A DNA stretch of 64,000 bases from Salinispira sp. (GCA_965602015.1 OZ271918.1:2912001-2976000); one strand, 5' to 3'; counted from the stretch's first letter, positions 18,982 through 28,607 are shown. A program made the numbers and translations. Notes: generated by a model not told the origin, from the sequence alone.

Positions 18982-20430
18982 ATGGCATATACGCGAAGAC
19001 CCGTCGCCGCCGCCCTCGCAGCGCTTGTCGTTCTCAGGGCGCTGCCGGTTTCTGCCCAGAGCCTTGGGGAGATCATTGAGGCGGCCTTGAGTGAAAACCT
19101 CCGGATAGCATCGGCCGATCTGGCTGTGCGGTCAGCCGAATTGGAAGCAGACAATGCCCAATCCGCCCGGCTTCCGGAGATTCGGTTTCAGGGAAGCGCC
19201 AGCTATCTGACCAATCCGCCGGAGGGAATCCGGCTTGAGGAAGGAAGCTTCGGCAGCACCGCCGCCCCCGGCAGCCTGTTTCCGACGCCCATTCCCGATG
19301 AGCCGGTGGTGCTGGTCCCGGACCCCGAACCGACGTTTTTCCAGCTCAAGGCAACGGTGAGCCAGCCGGTTTTTACCTGGGGAAAGCTGGAAAACGCCAG
19401 CCACATTGCCGAGCTCCAGCGCGCCCAAAGCCGTGTGGAGGCCAATGCCGCCCGGAGTGAGGTTGTGCGCGATATCCGCTCAGCCTGGGCGGCGCTGCGG
19501 ATGCTCGAAGGAAGCCTTGAGCTCATCGACCGAATGGCCCAAATATACGGGGAAATAGTCAATGACAAGGACGTTAATTTCGAGCAAGGCCTGATTAATT
19601 TCCAGGAAGTTCTGGAAGCCCGTTACCGGCTTGCGGGAATTGAGAGCAGACGGACTGAAATCCGCGAGTCCCGGGCAAGCGCCATTAACGCCCTCGAAGC
19701 TGCTTCCGGCCTCGGCCTCGATAATTTGGAGCCCCGATTCACGCCTCTTGACCTGGAAGAAATGGAGGGGGCGTATGACGAAACCGGTCAGATTTCCATG
19801 CCGGCGGCCGGAGAGTACGCCATCAGCAGCAGCGATGAAGGGGAACTATTCAGCCTCCTTGAGACGGAAAATGGAGAGATCCTCAGCCTCGAACTGTCCG
19901 CCAGGATGGCCTCCCTCAATGAAAAAATCAGCGAGGCATCGAGGCTCCTTCGGCCCGACGTCGGGCTGAACATTGAGATCGAAACCTCCGGCCAGCGCAT
20001 CCCGTTCAGTCCGAACTGGCGGGAAACCTGGGACAGCTCGGCCACCATTTCGCTGGGGGTCAGCGGCGGATTGTGGGACTGGGGACAGTCGGAAAATGAC
20101 GCCCTGTCCGCATCCATACAAAGCCGCCGGGCCGAAAACGGTCTGGCCCTGCTGCGTCAGGGGCAGCAGCTCAGCCTGCGGAACCTGGTGCAGCGCCATA
20201 ACCTTGCAGTGGCGCGCTACGCAGAGAATCTGGCAAACCGGCGGTATCTGGACGAGCAGTTCAAAAACGCCAGAGTCAGTTTTGACAACGATCTACTCAC
20301 CCGTGAAGAGCTTCTGGGCAGCGAACTGCTGTCAATCGGCGCCCGCCTCGAAGGGTTGGCGCAGCTCCTGGAGTATGAAACCGTCCGGGCTGAAATCGAT
20401 TTTCTCACCGGGGCAGATTTTGACGGATAG
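18982..20430 (+). CDS. TolC family outer-membrane efflux protein
   Basis: Signal peptide; AQSARLPEI, SQPVFTWGK, LWDWG OEP repeats; last gene of the RND operon. Confidence 0.85.
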   Translation: MAYTRRPVAAALAALVVLRALPVSAQSLGEIIEAALSENLRIASADLAVRSAELEADNAQSARLPEIRFQGSASYLTNPPEGIRLEEGSFGSTAAPGSLFPTPIPDEPVVLVPDPEPTFFQLKATVSQPVFTWGKLENASHIAELQRAQSRVEANAARSEVVRDIRSAWAALRMLEGSLELIDRMAQIYGEIVNDKDVNFEQGLINFQEVLEARYRLAGIESRRTEIRESRASAINALEAASGLGLDNLEPRFTPLDLEEMEGAYDETGQISMPAAGEYAISSSDEGELFSLLETENGEILSLELSARMASLNEKISEASRLLRPDVGLNIEIETSGQRIPFSPNWRETWDSSATISLGVSGGLWDWGQSENDALSASIQSRRAENGLALLRQGQQLSLRNLVQRHNLAVARYAENLANRRYLDEQFKNARVSFDNDLLTREELLGSELLSIGARLEGLAQLLEYETVRAEIDFLTGADFDG

Positions 20431-20437
20431 CCGCAGG

Positions 20438-20650
20438 TCATCGGGAGGCGCCTTCCGCCCGGTAGATAAACACCTTCTCAATCGGCAGTGAAAAAACCGC
20501 CGCTACCTTGAACCCCATCTCAAGGGAAGGTATGTAGCGGTTTTTTTCAAGCGATATAATAGTCTGCCGGGTTACTTCCAGGGCTGAAGCCAGCTCCGCC
20601 TGGGTCATCCCGGACTCAAGGCGGAGCTCCTGTACACGGTTTTCTATCAT
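20438..20650 (-). CDS. XRE-family HTH transcriptional regulator
   Basis: MTQAELASALEVTRQTIISLEKNRYIPSLE. Confidence 0.95.
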   Translation of the reverse strand: MIENRVQELRLESGMTQAELASALEVTRQTIISLEKNRYIPSLEMGFKVAAVFSLPIEKVFIYRAEGASR

Positions 20651-21045
20651 CCTTCGGACCGAAGAATATAAAGATATGCGCCTGAGAAAATCAGGATGCT
20701 AATAAAAACCGCAATCCAGATGCCCATGGAGATGTATCGAAGGGCTGAAGGGTCGGGAAAAACAAACATGCCGACTATCCCAAGTGTAAGTAGGAACGGG
20801 AAGGCAATCCGCCCGGTAATCCAGAGCGCATTTTTATTATTTCGGGCGACCCGCTCATCGCTTATCGGCTCCTTCAGCCTGATTTTCAACCGGCCGGAAA
20901 AAAGGAAAACAAGGCCTGAGCCCAACGCCGCAAGAGCGATCATCCAGTTTCCGATTTCCGGACGAAGCTGCCCCACAATCATGAGGACGACAACCGTCAC
21001 CGCCATGGCTGCGAGAGTTACTCCGATAAATCTGTTTCTGTACAT
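20647..21045 (-). CDS. DUF2178-like membrane protein
   Basis: 4 TM segments with a central DER motif (ISDERV); coupled to the XRE gene by ATGA overlap. Confidence 0.7.
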   Translation of the reverse strand: MYRNRFIGVTLAAMAVTVVVLMIVGQLRPEIGNWMIALAALGSGLVFLFSGRLKIRLKEPISDERVARNNKNALWITGRIAFPFLLTLGIVGMFVFPDPSALRYISMGIWIAVFISILIFSGAYLYILRSEG

Positions 21046-21055
21046 TTCGCCTCCA

Positions 21056-21099
21056 ATGTAAAATCTCTTTTACATTTTTAGTGTAAAACATGTTTTACA
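21056..21099. promoter_or_regulatory. Tandem palindromic operators TGTAAAA-N4-TTTTACA
   Basis: ATGTAAAATCTCTTTTACAT (21056-21075) and TGTAAAACATGTTTTACA (21082-21099) upstream of the DUF2178-XRE operon. Confidence 0.8.
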
Positions 21100-21165
21100 T
21101 TGTTGCAAGATTTTTCGTGGAAGGATCGGCAAAAACCATTTATTCTTAGTAGCTGAGGAGATCAA

Positions 21166-22152
21166 ATGAAACGGCCGGTACAAATCCTGTCTGTCATGAT
21201 TCTATTACTAATAAGCGCATCGATTCACGCGCAGGTTATAAAAATCGCATCGATGGCCCCGGAAGCATCGCCGTGGGGCGTGGCACTGAACCGCATGGCG
21301 GCGGACTGGTCGAGAGTTACCAACGGGCGGGTCCGGGTACAAATTTATCACGGGGCAATCGCCGGCAGCGACGAAGACACGATCCGCAAAATGCGCCTCG
21401 GGCAGATCCACGGAACGGTTATCACCAGCGCGGGATTAGCCCTGCTTATGCCCGAGTTTATTTCCTTTTCCATTCCCGGGGTCATCCGCAACGAAGACGA
21501 GCTGGATTTTGTGCTGTCAGAAATGGAGCCCTTCCTCGATGAAAAAGTACAAGAAGCCGGGTACCAGGTTCTGACCTGGGGCAAACTCGGTTGGCTGCAG
21601 TTTTTCAGTAATGCGGATATCCGCACACCCGACGACCTGCCGGGCAGAAAAGTGGCAACCGGAACACTTCCCGAGGAAGTGACGTTTATATTCCGGGAAT
21701 TTGGCATGACCCCCGTCGCGGTTTCAACCCGGGATACCCTGGGCTCGTTGAACAGCGGCGTAATCGATACCGTCGTGTATCCTCCGCTGGGTGTGGCGGG
21801 TTACCAATGGTTCGGCATCAGCAATCACATGCTGGAGTACCAGATTTCCCCGATTATCGGCTGCGTACTCATCGATTCCCGGGCCTGGAACCGCATCCCC
21901 CGGCGCTATCACCAGGAATTGCTGGCCATATCCCGGGAAGTGGGAGTTGAAATGAACCGTGAGCTCTACGAGCTTGAGCAGGAGGCCCTGTCCCTCATGC
22001 AGGAATACGGCCTGGATGTGCACCAGGTTTCCGCCCCGGACCGCCTGCTCTGGCAGGAAACCTTCGACGCTCAAACTGACAAGTTTTCCCGGGACACGCT
22101 GCAATCCGACATAATGCGCAATCTCGTCGAACTACTTGAAGAATACCGATGA
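21166..22152 (+). CDS. dctP: TRAP transporter substrate-binding protein DctP (TatP-like)
   Basis: IKIASMAPEASPWG...IRKMRLGQIHG...YQWFG. Confidence 0.88.
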   Translation: MKRPVQILSVMILLLISASIHAQVIKIASMAPEASPWGVALNRMAADWSRVTNGRVRVQIYHGAIAGSDEDTIRKMRLGQIHGTVITSAGLALLMPEFISFSIPGVIRNEDELDFVLSEMEPFLDEKVQEAGYQVLTWGKLGWLQFFSNADIRTPDDLPGRKVATGTLPEEVTFIFREFGMTPVAVSTRDTLGSLNSGVIDTVVYPPLGVAGYQWFGISNHMLEYQISPIIGCVLIDSRAWNRIPRRYHQELLAISREVGVEMNRELYELEQEALSLMQEYGLDVHQVSAPDRLLWQETFDAQTDKFSRDTLQSDIMRNLVELLEEYR

Positions 22153-22745
22153 ACCGGTCTTCCCTCCCGCGCCGGCTCCCCGTGCTCATTGCTGTGCTCC
22201 TCGCGAGCTCTCCTATAGCGGGAATCGATTTTGACGCCATGCTGGGAGGGGCGGAGTACGAAATTATATATGAGGCACTCGTACCCCGCGAACATGAGGA
22301 CGGCAGGTACTTTACCGGGGGCATGGGGGTGAGAAGCGTGCCCGGGTCAGTTCTGCGGGCCCCGGTGTCGAGCCGTATCGTAATGGCTGCCTCGGATAAT
22401 GTTATCCCTCCGGAAATTCTCACCAGCGGCCCGATTTTTACATCAGACCGGGTGACTACCTTGGTGGTGCTTCAGATCGACGAACAACGGGCCCTTGCAT
22501 TCTACAATATCGATATCCGGCATATAGAGACCGGACATACAATCCGGGACGGAGAACCCCTCGGTGAAATCCTGTATTCCGATCCTCCAGGCTATCCGTT
22601 CTTTCAAATCGGCGCGTTTGAACTGGAAAACCACCGGGGAGACATGGAGCAAGATGCCCTCAGCTGGCTGTTCCTCCCGGACGGGAATACAAGCGGGGAG
22701 CTAAGCCCCGCCGTGCTCTTCAGCCCCCGGGTTCTTCTGGATTGA
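22149..22745 (+). CDS. Hypothetical exported protein (possible degenerate M23/hybrid-motif fold)
   Basis: Signal-like N-terminus; GSVLRAPVSSRIV and IETGHTIRDGEPLG resemble the M23 scaffold without Zn-binding His. Confidence 0.45.
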   Translation: MNRSSLPRRLPVLIAVLLASSPIAGIDFDAMLGGAEYEIIYEALVPREHEDGRYFTGGMGVRSVPGSVLRAPVSSRIVMAASDNVIPPEILTSGPIFTSDRVTTLVVLQIDEQRALAFYNIDIRHIETGHTIRDGEPLGEILYSDPPGYPFFQIGAFELENHRGDMEQDALSWLFLPDGNTSGELSPAVLFSPRVLLD

Positions 22746-22760
22746 GGCATGCTTTTGGCA

Positions 22761-24926
22761 CTATTCCGGCCAAAAAAACAAGGTAAATTGCTCATAGTTG
22801 TTCAAGCTCAACGCTCTTCGATTGTCAAAATCCGGGAGGCGCGGAGTCAGTTCGATCGTGGGATGTATCGGGAAATTTGCTTCAGCCTGCCATTGAACTG
22901 AGCCCCTCGAATCCAGAACAATTATCCGCTGTTGTGCAGGCGAATCTTCATCACTGAAATATCCGCCGTCGCTGCTTGGACTCATGAGGATGGTTTGCTG
23001 TATGAGGACGATATCCGTCATCCCGTCGACATTCCAGTCGTCCACAACCACATCAACTCTCGTGTCGGGCACAAGATTTGCCGCCGACAGCTCGCCGGGA
23101 GGAACCTTGACAGCCCATAACAATTCTCCGCTTTCAGAAACAAGCAGCAGGCTGCTCTCCCGGGTATCATCGAACCTGTTGGTTTTCCGTTCGAGGATAA
23201 GGAAATTGAGCATACCGTCGGCATCTCCCTCAAAAACCGACAACAGCTCTAACCACGCGTTTCCAGAAACCCACGGCACACTCAAGGAAAAGATTTCATT
23301 TCCAATAACCGAATAGGCGCTGATAGTAAGACTTTGAGATATGCGGTCATGTGCCCTGACGTAATCATCGATGCCGTCAGAATCGATATCAAAACGGAGG
23401 TCAGACGAGGGATTTATATTCCGGCTGCCTCTGATTAGCTCACCGGAATAGCCGGAAACAACCGCGCTGTTGCGATCGATGATCGATACGTCCGTGACGG
23501 GAGTTTGTCTGCGGACTTCCGTCAGCGCCCGGGCCCTGGCAACCCCTGCCGGGTCGAAAAGATCTTCCCCTGCTGCTAGCCGTTCAAGCTGCTCAATCAC
23601 TGAGTCTGATCCCGAATACCAGCTTGGCATGGCCTGAAACACACCATTCTCATCGAGCAGAATGGCCAGCTGATCATAGCGCTCGAGCCAAGCTTCTGCC
23701 AGATCGCTCTGCCGGCTGAAGCGGGTAACCATGCCGCTGCCGGGAAAACGGGCAAGATACTCTTCTATGGAAATCTCTTCCATCCTCCTGCTCCCCGGTA
23801 CATCAAACACCATCCGTACAATGCTCAACTGGTCGGCGGTGAACTCCCGTCGCAACTCTGAGAGAAGGCGATTGCTATATTCGAGGTTGTGGCTTGCCAA
23901 GCTCTCAATCATGAGGAGCGTCGGATTGCCGTCGAATTCCCGAAGGCTGAGTTCATTTCCCTCGAGGGAGATAAATCCCGGATCAGGTAATACTGAACCC
24001 AATTGAGCATGCAGGTCCGCTTCAAGCTCATAGCGGTCATAGACGTAGAGTACTTCCCTGCTGCCCTGCGGGGGATTGTAGGTAAATTCATCCGCTGCGA
24101 ACGAAGGATCGATCTCGATGGCAGTGAAATCGTACTCTACCCACTCGTTTTTCTTGAGGTCATTTAAATCCGCAGCCCTGCTGAACGGACCGTAGTACAC
24201 CCCGAATCGTTGGATCAGAAGCGTCGCCGGATCCACCCAAAGCCGCGAAAGAGCGTATCCGTTGCGCGGATTTTTATCCCAATCAAACAGCAGGTCGATG
24301 CGGCTGGACTGTTTTCCGTCCAGGACATCAGCCTCGACCGAAATAAAATCATACAGTCCCGGCAGGATGTGAGTGAAATCATCTCCGTTGATGAGCTGAG
24401 CTATCGTCACCGGATGGAATGTCAAAATCGGGAAGCTCTCAATTTCTATATCTTCATCCTCTTCATCATCGTCATCATCATCATCGAATAGTTCGGCAAC
24501 ATATTCGGAAAAATCTCTCTGCGAATAGCGCAGCAGATAGCCGTCTTCAAACCATATTGTCCGGCCGTCACTGACAACCCTGCGATAGTCGTCATTCCTG
24601 GTAAAACGGGCGCCCTCAGATATCCGGTATCTGATTCGGTTTGTTTCAGCAACTTCCGTTACCAGGGATTCTTCTCCGTTTTCATAAACGGAGTATGTCT
24701 GGGGTCGACGCTCCATGACCACATCGCTATATGACTCAAGTGCCTGATAGTTTTCAACGACTTCAAGAAACAGGGCCCTCGCCGCTTCCCTCGACTCAGC
24801 ATCAATTGGAATCTGGTAGTATCGGCCTCCGGCCGAGGTTGCGCAGCTTGAAAAACCCGTTCCGAGCACGAGAAGCGCTAATAAAAAAAAGGGCTTAGTT
24901 GTTTTTAGAGTTTTCAATATATTCAT
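22761..24926 (-). CDS. Lipoprotein: LolA-like domain + cysteine-less thioredoxin-like domain + FG-GAP/VCBS-like repeats
   Basis: Lipobox FSSC after MNILK start; VVSDGRTIW, LWVDPATLLI, FTYNPPQGS (LolA-like); PDPGFISLEGNELSLREFDG (redoxin start); DIDSDGIDD, DWNVDGMTD. Confidence 0.6.
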   Translation of the reverse strand: MNILKTLKTTKPFFLLALLVLGTGFSSCATSAGGRYYQIPIDAESREAARALFLEVVENYQALESYSDVVMERRPQTYSVYENGEESLVTEVAETNRIRYRISEGARFTRNDDYRRVVSDGRTIWFEDGYLLRYSQRDFSEYVAELFDDDDDDDEEDEDIEIESFPILTFHPVTIAQLINGDDFTHILPGLYDFISVEADVLDGKQSSRIDLLFDWDKNPRNGYALSRLWVDPATLLIQRFGVYYGPFSRAADLNDLKKNEWVEYDFTAIEIDPSFAADEFTYNPPQGSREVLYVYDRYELEADLHAQLGSVLPDPGFISLEGNELSLREFDGNPTLLMIESLASHNLEYSNRLLSELRREFTADQLSIVRMVFDVPGSRRMEEISIEEYLARFPGSGMVTRFSRQSDLAEAWLERYDQLAILLDENGVFQAMPSWYSGSDSVIEQLERLAAGEDLFDPAGVARARALTEVRRQTPVTDVSIIDRNSAVVSGYSGELIRGSRNINPSSDLRFDIDSDGIDDYVRAHDRISQSLTISAYSVIGNEIFSLSVPWVSGNAWLELLSVFEGDADGMLNFLILERKTNRFDDTRESSLLLVSESGELLWAVKVPPGELSAANLVPDTRVDVVVDDWNVDGMTDIVLIQQTILMSPSSDGGYFSDEDSPAQQRIIVLDSRGSVQWQAEANFPIHPTIELTPRLPDFDNRRALSLNNYEQFTLFFWPE

Positions 24927-25011
24927 CCTTAATACTGTTATATTACATAAGAATAGAATAAGAAAGCCTTGAAATGCAATATGCATTATATTGTGAATGA
25001 GGAGCTGTGAA

Positions 25012-25440
25012 GTGACATATGAAATGATCCGCCCGGCGGGTAATGGCAATCTGCTGGTGATGCTTTTAATAATCGCCTTTCTGTTTTTTTTGACCCTTGT
25101 TGTCGTGGTAATGTTTATCTCGTCCCGCACCTACACCATGCGCATTGATGCCGACAGGGTGAGAATACGGTCTGTATTCTACAATACCTCGATCTCCCGG
25201 GGGGACATCAGAACGGATGAACTGCGCATGGTCAAATACAGTGACCTCGGGGTATCGCTACGGACTAACGGCTTGGCCCTGCCGGGATTGCACATTGGCT
25301 GGTTCAGGGGAAACGGGGAGAAATACAAGCTCTATGTTACAGACGAGGAACACATCCTGCTGATCCCCACGAACTTAGGCTACGCAATTGCCTTCAGCAC
25401 GAGGGACGGAGATGAAATTATCGCCGAGCTGCGGGAATGA
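25012..25440 (+). CDS. Bacterial PH-domain membrane protein
   Basis: One TM followed by LRTNGLALPGLHIGWFR...KLYVTD; GAGGAG RBS before GTG 25012 (start uncertain). Confidence 0.75.
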   Translation: MTYEMIRPAGNGNLLVMLLIIAFLFFLTLVVVVMFISSRTYTMRIDADRVRIRSVFYNTSISRGDIRTDELRMVKYSDLGVSLRTNGLALPGLHIGWFRGNGEKYKLYVTDEEHILLIPTNLGYAIAFSTRDGDEIIAELRE

Positions 25441-25531
25441 AGCTTAGACATCAGTTCTGAGGGAGATCAAAAGTCTGATGAAAAAAACTAAATATTGGGA
25501 AAGATCCTGTTCCGAGGCGCAGGGCATCTCC

Positions 25532-26443
25532 CTACACCGCAATCTTCCGGACATCCTTGGGAGCCACGCCGTAAAAGCGCTTAAACTCCCGGGAAAACTG
25601 GCTGACGCTTTCGTATCCGACTTCACCCGCAGCCTCATTAACCCTGTAGCCTTCATCTGATAGGTATGATTTCGCCCGGTCGAGTCTGATTTTTTTGATG
25701 TATTGCAGAGGGGATGTTGCGGTGACCTCCTTGAAGACCTGATGAAAGGAGGAAGAGCTCATGCTTACCATTTTTGCCAGATCATCAATCTGATGGGCCT
25801 TTTGATAGTGCTGGTGAATTTCCCTCAAGGCGGTTTCTATTTTCCAAATATTGCTGTTCTTGATGGTGAGGCCTATGAGGGCCCCGGCGTGTTCGGTCTT
25901 CAGCAAGGTATATAAAAGCTCCCGGTAAATACCCTCGCCCAAAATCCGGCTCTGCTCTTCACTCTGCAGTACCCTTAGCAGCCTTCCCAGTATGTCCGTA
26001 ATCTCCGGAGTCAGGGCCGTTGTATAGAGACCGGATGTGCTTGCCGCAGCGGATTGGGGAGCCGGAGCCTTTCCGAGTTGCTGAATAATTTGAGCCAGTA
26101 CCGGTATGCTCAGGTCGATGGTCAGGCTCAACAGCGGCTTGTTTCTTTCCAGCACAATTGCCCGTTCCAAGGGCAGGGGCACCGCTGCCACCATATATGT
26201 ATCTTTGTCATAGGCGTATTCCCGGTCATTCCAGAAAATGTGTTTGGCTCCCTGGACACAAAAAAATGCCCTCTGATGATAGAAAAACGGCTCCCTGGGA
26301 GCGGGAGCGCTCGCCCGGTACAGGCCAACCTGTTCGAGGTGACTGGGGTTGTAGCCCTCAATCGGGGCAAGAGCTTCTACTAATGCAATCAAGTCTGTCA
26401 TCGATATCATCCTCAATACTATATCTACGGCTTTACTGATCAT
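25532..26443 (-). CDS. AraC family regulator (YqhC-like, AraC_N domain)
   Basis: CVQGAK...YMVAAVPLP N-domain; SPLQYIKKIRL...VGYESVSQFSREFKRFYG; start may be 26401-26410. Confidence 0.92.
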   Translation of the reverse strand: MISKAVDIVLRMISMTDLIALVEALAPIEGYNPSHLEQVGLYRASAPAPREPFFYHQRAFFCVQGAKHIFWNDREYAYDKDTYMVAAVPLPLERAIVLERNKPLLSLTIDLSIPVLAQIIQQLGKAPAPQSAAASTSGLYTTALTPEITDILGRLLRVLQSEEQSRILGEGIYRELLYTLLKTEHAGALIGLTIKNSNIWKIETALREIHQHYQKAHQIDDLAKMVSMSSSSFHQVFKEVTATSPLQYIKKIRLDRAKSYLSDEGYRVNEAAGEVGYESVSQFSREFKRFYGVAPKDVRKIAV

Positions 26444-26564
26444 CTGAAAAGGGTACGAATGGTGATTTCAGAGGATTAGGCATAAAACACCGAGAAATGA
26501 GTATTCATACTCTTCCGTGTCAGGTTTAATTTGATACAACGATAGTACGTAAAGGAGAAAACAC

Positions 26565-27539
26565 ATGAAAAAGCAAACCCTGCATTTGGATACCGTCATC
26601 CGGGATTATTCCGGAGATATGACGGGAAAGATAGTAGCGATCACCGGAACCACCACCGGAACCGGATTTGTTGCTGCCCGGGAGATCGCCAGGAAAGGAG
26701 CGGAAGTCCTGCTGCTTAACCGCGAAAGCGAACGGGCCAGCCAGTCCCTGGAAAAACTCCGCAAGCAGGTCCCCGGAGGCAAGTTCGTGCCTGTCGAATG
26801 CGACCTCCAGTCCTCAACGAGTGTTGAAAAAGCGATAGCTCAAATCAAAGCCAGGTATTCGGTACTGGACGTCCTCTGCAATAACGCCGCAGTGATGGCC
26901 TTGGGTGATTACCCAACGGTTGACGGATATGACGTGCAGATGCAGACAAATGCCCTGTCCCATTTCCTTCTGGTAAAGGGCCTCATGCCCCTATTAAGGG
27001 CCAGTGAGGAAGCAAGAATTGTGAATCACACATCACGAGCCCGATTAGGCGGGCCGCTCGAAGCCAGGTATTTCGGAAAAAACAGCGGCAATCTGGGAGG
27101 CGACGGCACAAAAGAAGACAGCGCCAACTTCAGCGGTCCCCGCTGGGAACGCTATCATCAAACAAAACTAGCCAACTTTGTTTTCACCTATGCCCTCAAC
27201 GATCGCCTGGCCGAGGCGGGCATCGCGAACATAGCCGCCTTCGCAGCCCATCCAGGTCTGTCCGCCACCAACCTGCAGGTTACCACCGCTGCGGCAGGCG
27301 GAATGGAAGCAAACTCCCCGCTGATGGAAAACGCCCAAAGTGCAGAAGACGGGGCGACGGGAATAATCCGGGCCAGCACCGATCCCGCCGCCGAAAGCGG
27401 CGACTTCTTCGGGCCGTTGGAGTGGACGGGATTTCCGGAAAAACTCACCCCGGAAGCCGATCTGTTGACCGAATCCAACAAGGAAATTTTTTGGCATGGT
27501 TGCGAAGCCGCTGTCGGCGCAATGGACTTTTATGCATAG
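26565..27539 (+). CDS. Short-chain dehydrogenase/reductase (retinol-DH/WWOX-like)
   Basis: ITGTTTGTG, NNAAVM, YHQTKLAN (YxxxK), AHPG; divergent from the AraC gene. Confidence 0.9.
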   Translation: MKKQTLHLDTVIRDYSGDMTGKIVAITGTTTGTGFVAAREIARKGAEVLLLNRESERASQSLEKLRKQVPGGKFVPVECDLQSSTSVEKAIAQIKARYSVLDVLCNNAAVMALGDYPTVDGYDVQMQTNALSHFLLVKGLMPLLRASEEARIVNHTSRARLGGPLEARYFGKNSGNLGGDGTKEDSANFSGPRWERYHQTKLANFVFTYALNDRLAEAGIANIAAFAAHPGLSATNLQVTTAAAGGMEANSPLMENAQSAEDGATGIIRASTDPAAESGDFFGPLEWTGFPEKLTPEADLLTESNKEIFWHGCEAAVGAMDFYA

Positions 27540-27558
27540 ACTGGGGATGCTCGTTATT

Positions 27559-27930
27559 ACAGAAGAAAGCCCCCATGCCGGGGGCTTTCTTCTATTCTCC
27601 ATGCGTTCCTCGCCCCTTCGGGCCTCTGGTACGCATGGTTAGCGACCGATGGGAATCCTCTACAGTCGGCTGCCTCCTGCAGCCTCTTTTCGAGCCGCCT
27701 CCGTCGCTGAAAAGACATCCTGTCTTTTCGCGCTCGCAGCGCTCGCGCCGCTCCATTCGGGATCGTTCCTCGTCCCTGCAGGCCTCCGGTACGACCCGAT
27801 TTCCGGTTCGATTCCCATCGGACACATTTAAACAGAAGAAAGCCCCCATGCCGGGGGCTTTCTTCTATTCTCCATGCGTTCCTCGCCCCTTCGGGCCTCT
27901 GGTACGCATGGTTAGCGACCGATGGGAATC
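27559..27930. repeat. 99-bp perfect direct repeat (27559-27657 and 27832-27930) containing the tRNA-Gly 3' end, a hairpin and a terminator
   Basis: acagaagaaagcccccatgccgggggctttc...gttagcgaccgatgggaatc occurs twice. Confidence 0.95.
27834..27866. terminator. Intrinsic terminator downstream of tRNA-Gly (duplicated at 27561-27593, where it can also end the SDR gene)
   Basis: AGAAGAAAGCCCCC-N5-GGGGGCTTTCTTCT, 14-bp stem. Confidence 0.75.
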
Positions 27931-27984
27931 GAACCCACGTCACCAGCTTGGGAAGCTGGGGTAATGCCATTATACGACGGTCGC
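27914..27984 (-). tRNA. tRNA-Gly (anticodon CCC), CCA not encoded
   Basis: GCGACCG acceptor stem, anticodon arm CCAGC-TTCCCAA-GCTGG, T-arm GTGGG-TTCGATT-CCCAT. Confidence 0.96.
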
Positions 27985-27997
27985 GCGCTTGTGCTTT

Positions 27998-28026
27998 AGT
28001 ATAGTTCAATCGGCAGCGCTGGTAAA
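27998..28026 (-). promoter_or_regulatory. Putative tRNA promoter
   Basis: TTTACC-17 bp-TATACT on the minus strand. Confidence 0.55.
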
Positions 28027-28100
28027 TCTCCGCGGCAGGGAGTTTATTCATTATACTTCCGGAAGCGGGCAATGTGCCCATGTCGGGGCAAGGGGGTAAT

Positions 28101-28607
28101 ATGGCTGAACTGTGGGATGTTTACGACCGCGATGGCGCGATGACCGGTGAGGTAATTGAGAGAGGGCGGAAGCTTCCTTCGGGAAAATATCATCTAATCG
28201 TTCATCTATGGCTGAAGGACCCTGATGGCCGGCTGCTTATCCAGCAGCGCAATAAGCCCGGCGGACCGACTCACGAATTATGGGCCCCAACTGCCGGTTC
28301 GATAACTTCTGGGGAAACAAGCAAGGTCGGGGTGATTCGGGAATGCCTGGAGGAGATCGGCCTCGATCTTCCGGAGTCCGAGCTTGTTTTTCACGAGCGG
28401 GAGTTCATCGCAGACTTCATTCAGGACGTATGGTTCGCTCCATGGGACGGCATTGTTCAAACTTTGACGGCGGATCCCGTCGAAGTCCTTGCCCTGCGAT
28501 CAGTTAGTTGGGATGAAATGATGACCCTGCTAAGGGAAAAGCGGTTTATCGCCTACGGAGAAGACTACTTCCAGCGATTAAAAACCGCATTGTCGGACAT
28601 GGGGTGA
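28101..28607 (+). CDS. NUDIX hydrolase
   Basis: ELWDVYD; Nudix box GSITSGETSKVGVIRECLEEIG. Confidence 0.9.
   Translation: MAELWDVYDRDGAMTGEVIERGRKLPSGKYHLIVHLWLKDPDGRLLIQQRNKPGGPTHELWAPTAGSITSGETSKVGVIRECLEEIGLDLPESELVFHEREFIADFIQDVWFAPWDGIVQTLTADPVEVLALRSVSWDEMMTLLREKRFIAYGEDYFQRLKTALSDMG

Noticed and set aside
25444..27984. Integrative element at tRNA-Gly carrying AraC + SDR
   Set aside because: The duplicated tRNA end encloses only 174 bp; no integrase and no distal att copy seen
27422..28081. 174-180-aa ORFs with internal duplication
   Set aside because: They overlap tRNA-Gly and the 99-bp repeat and have no protein-like features
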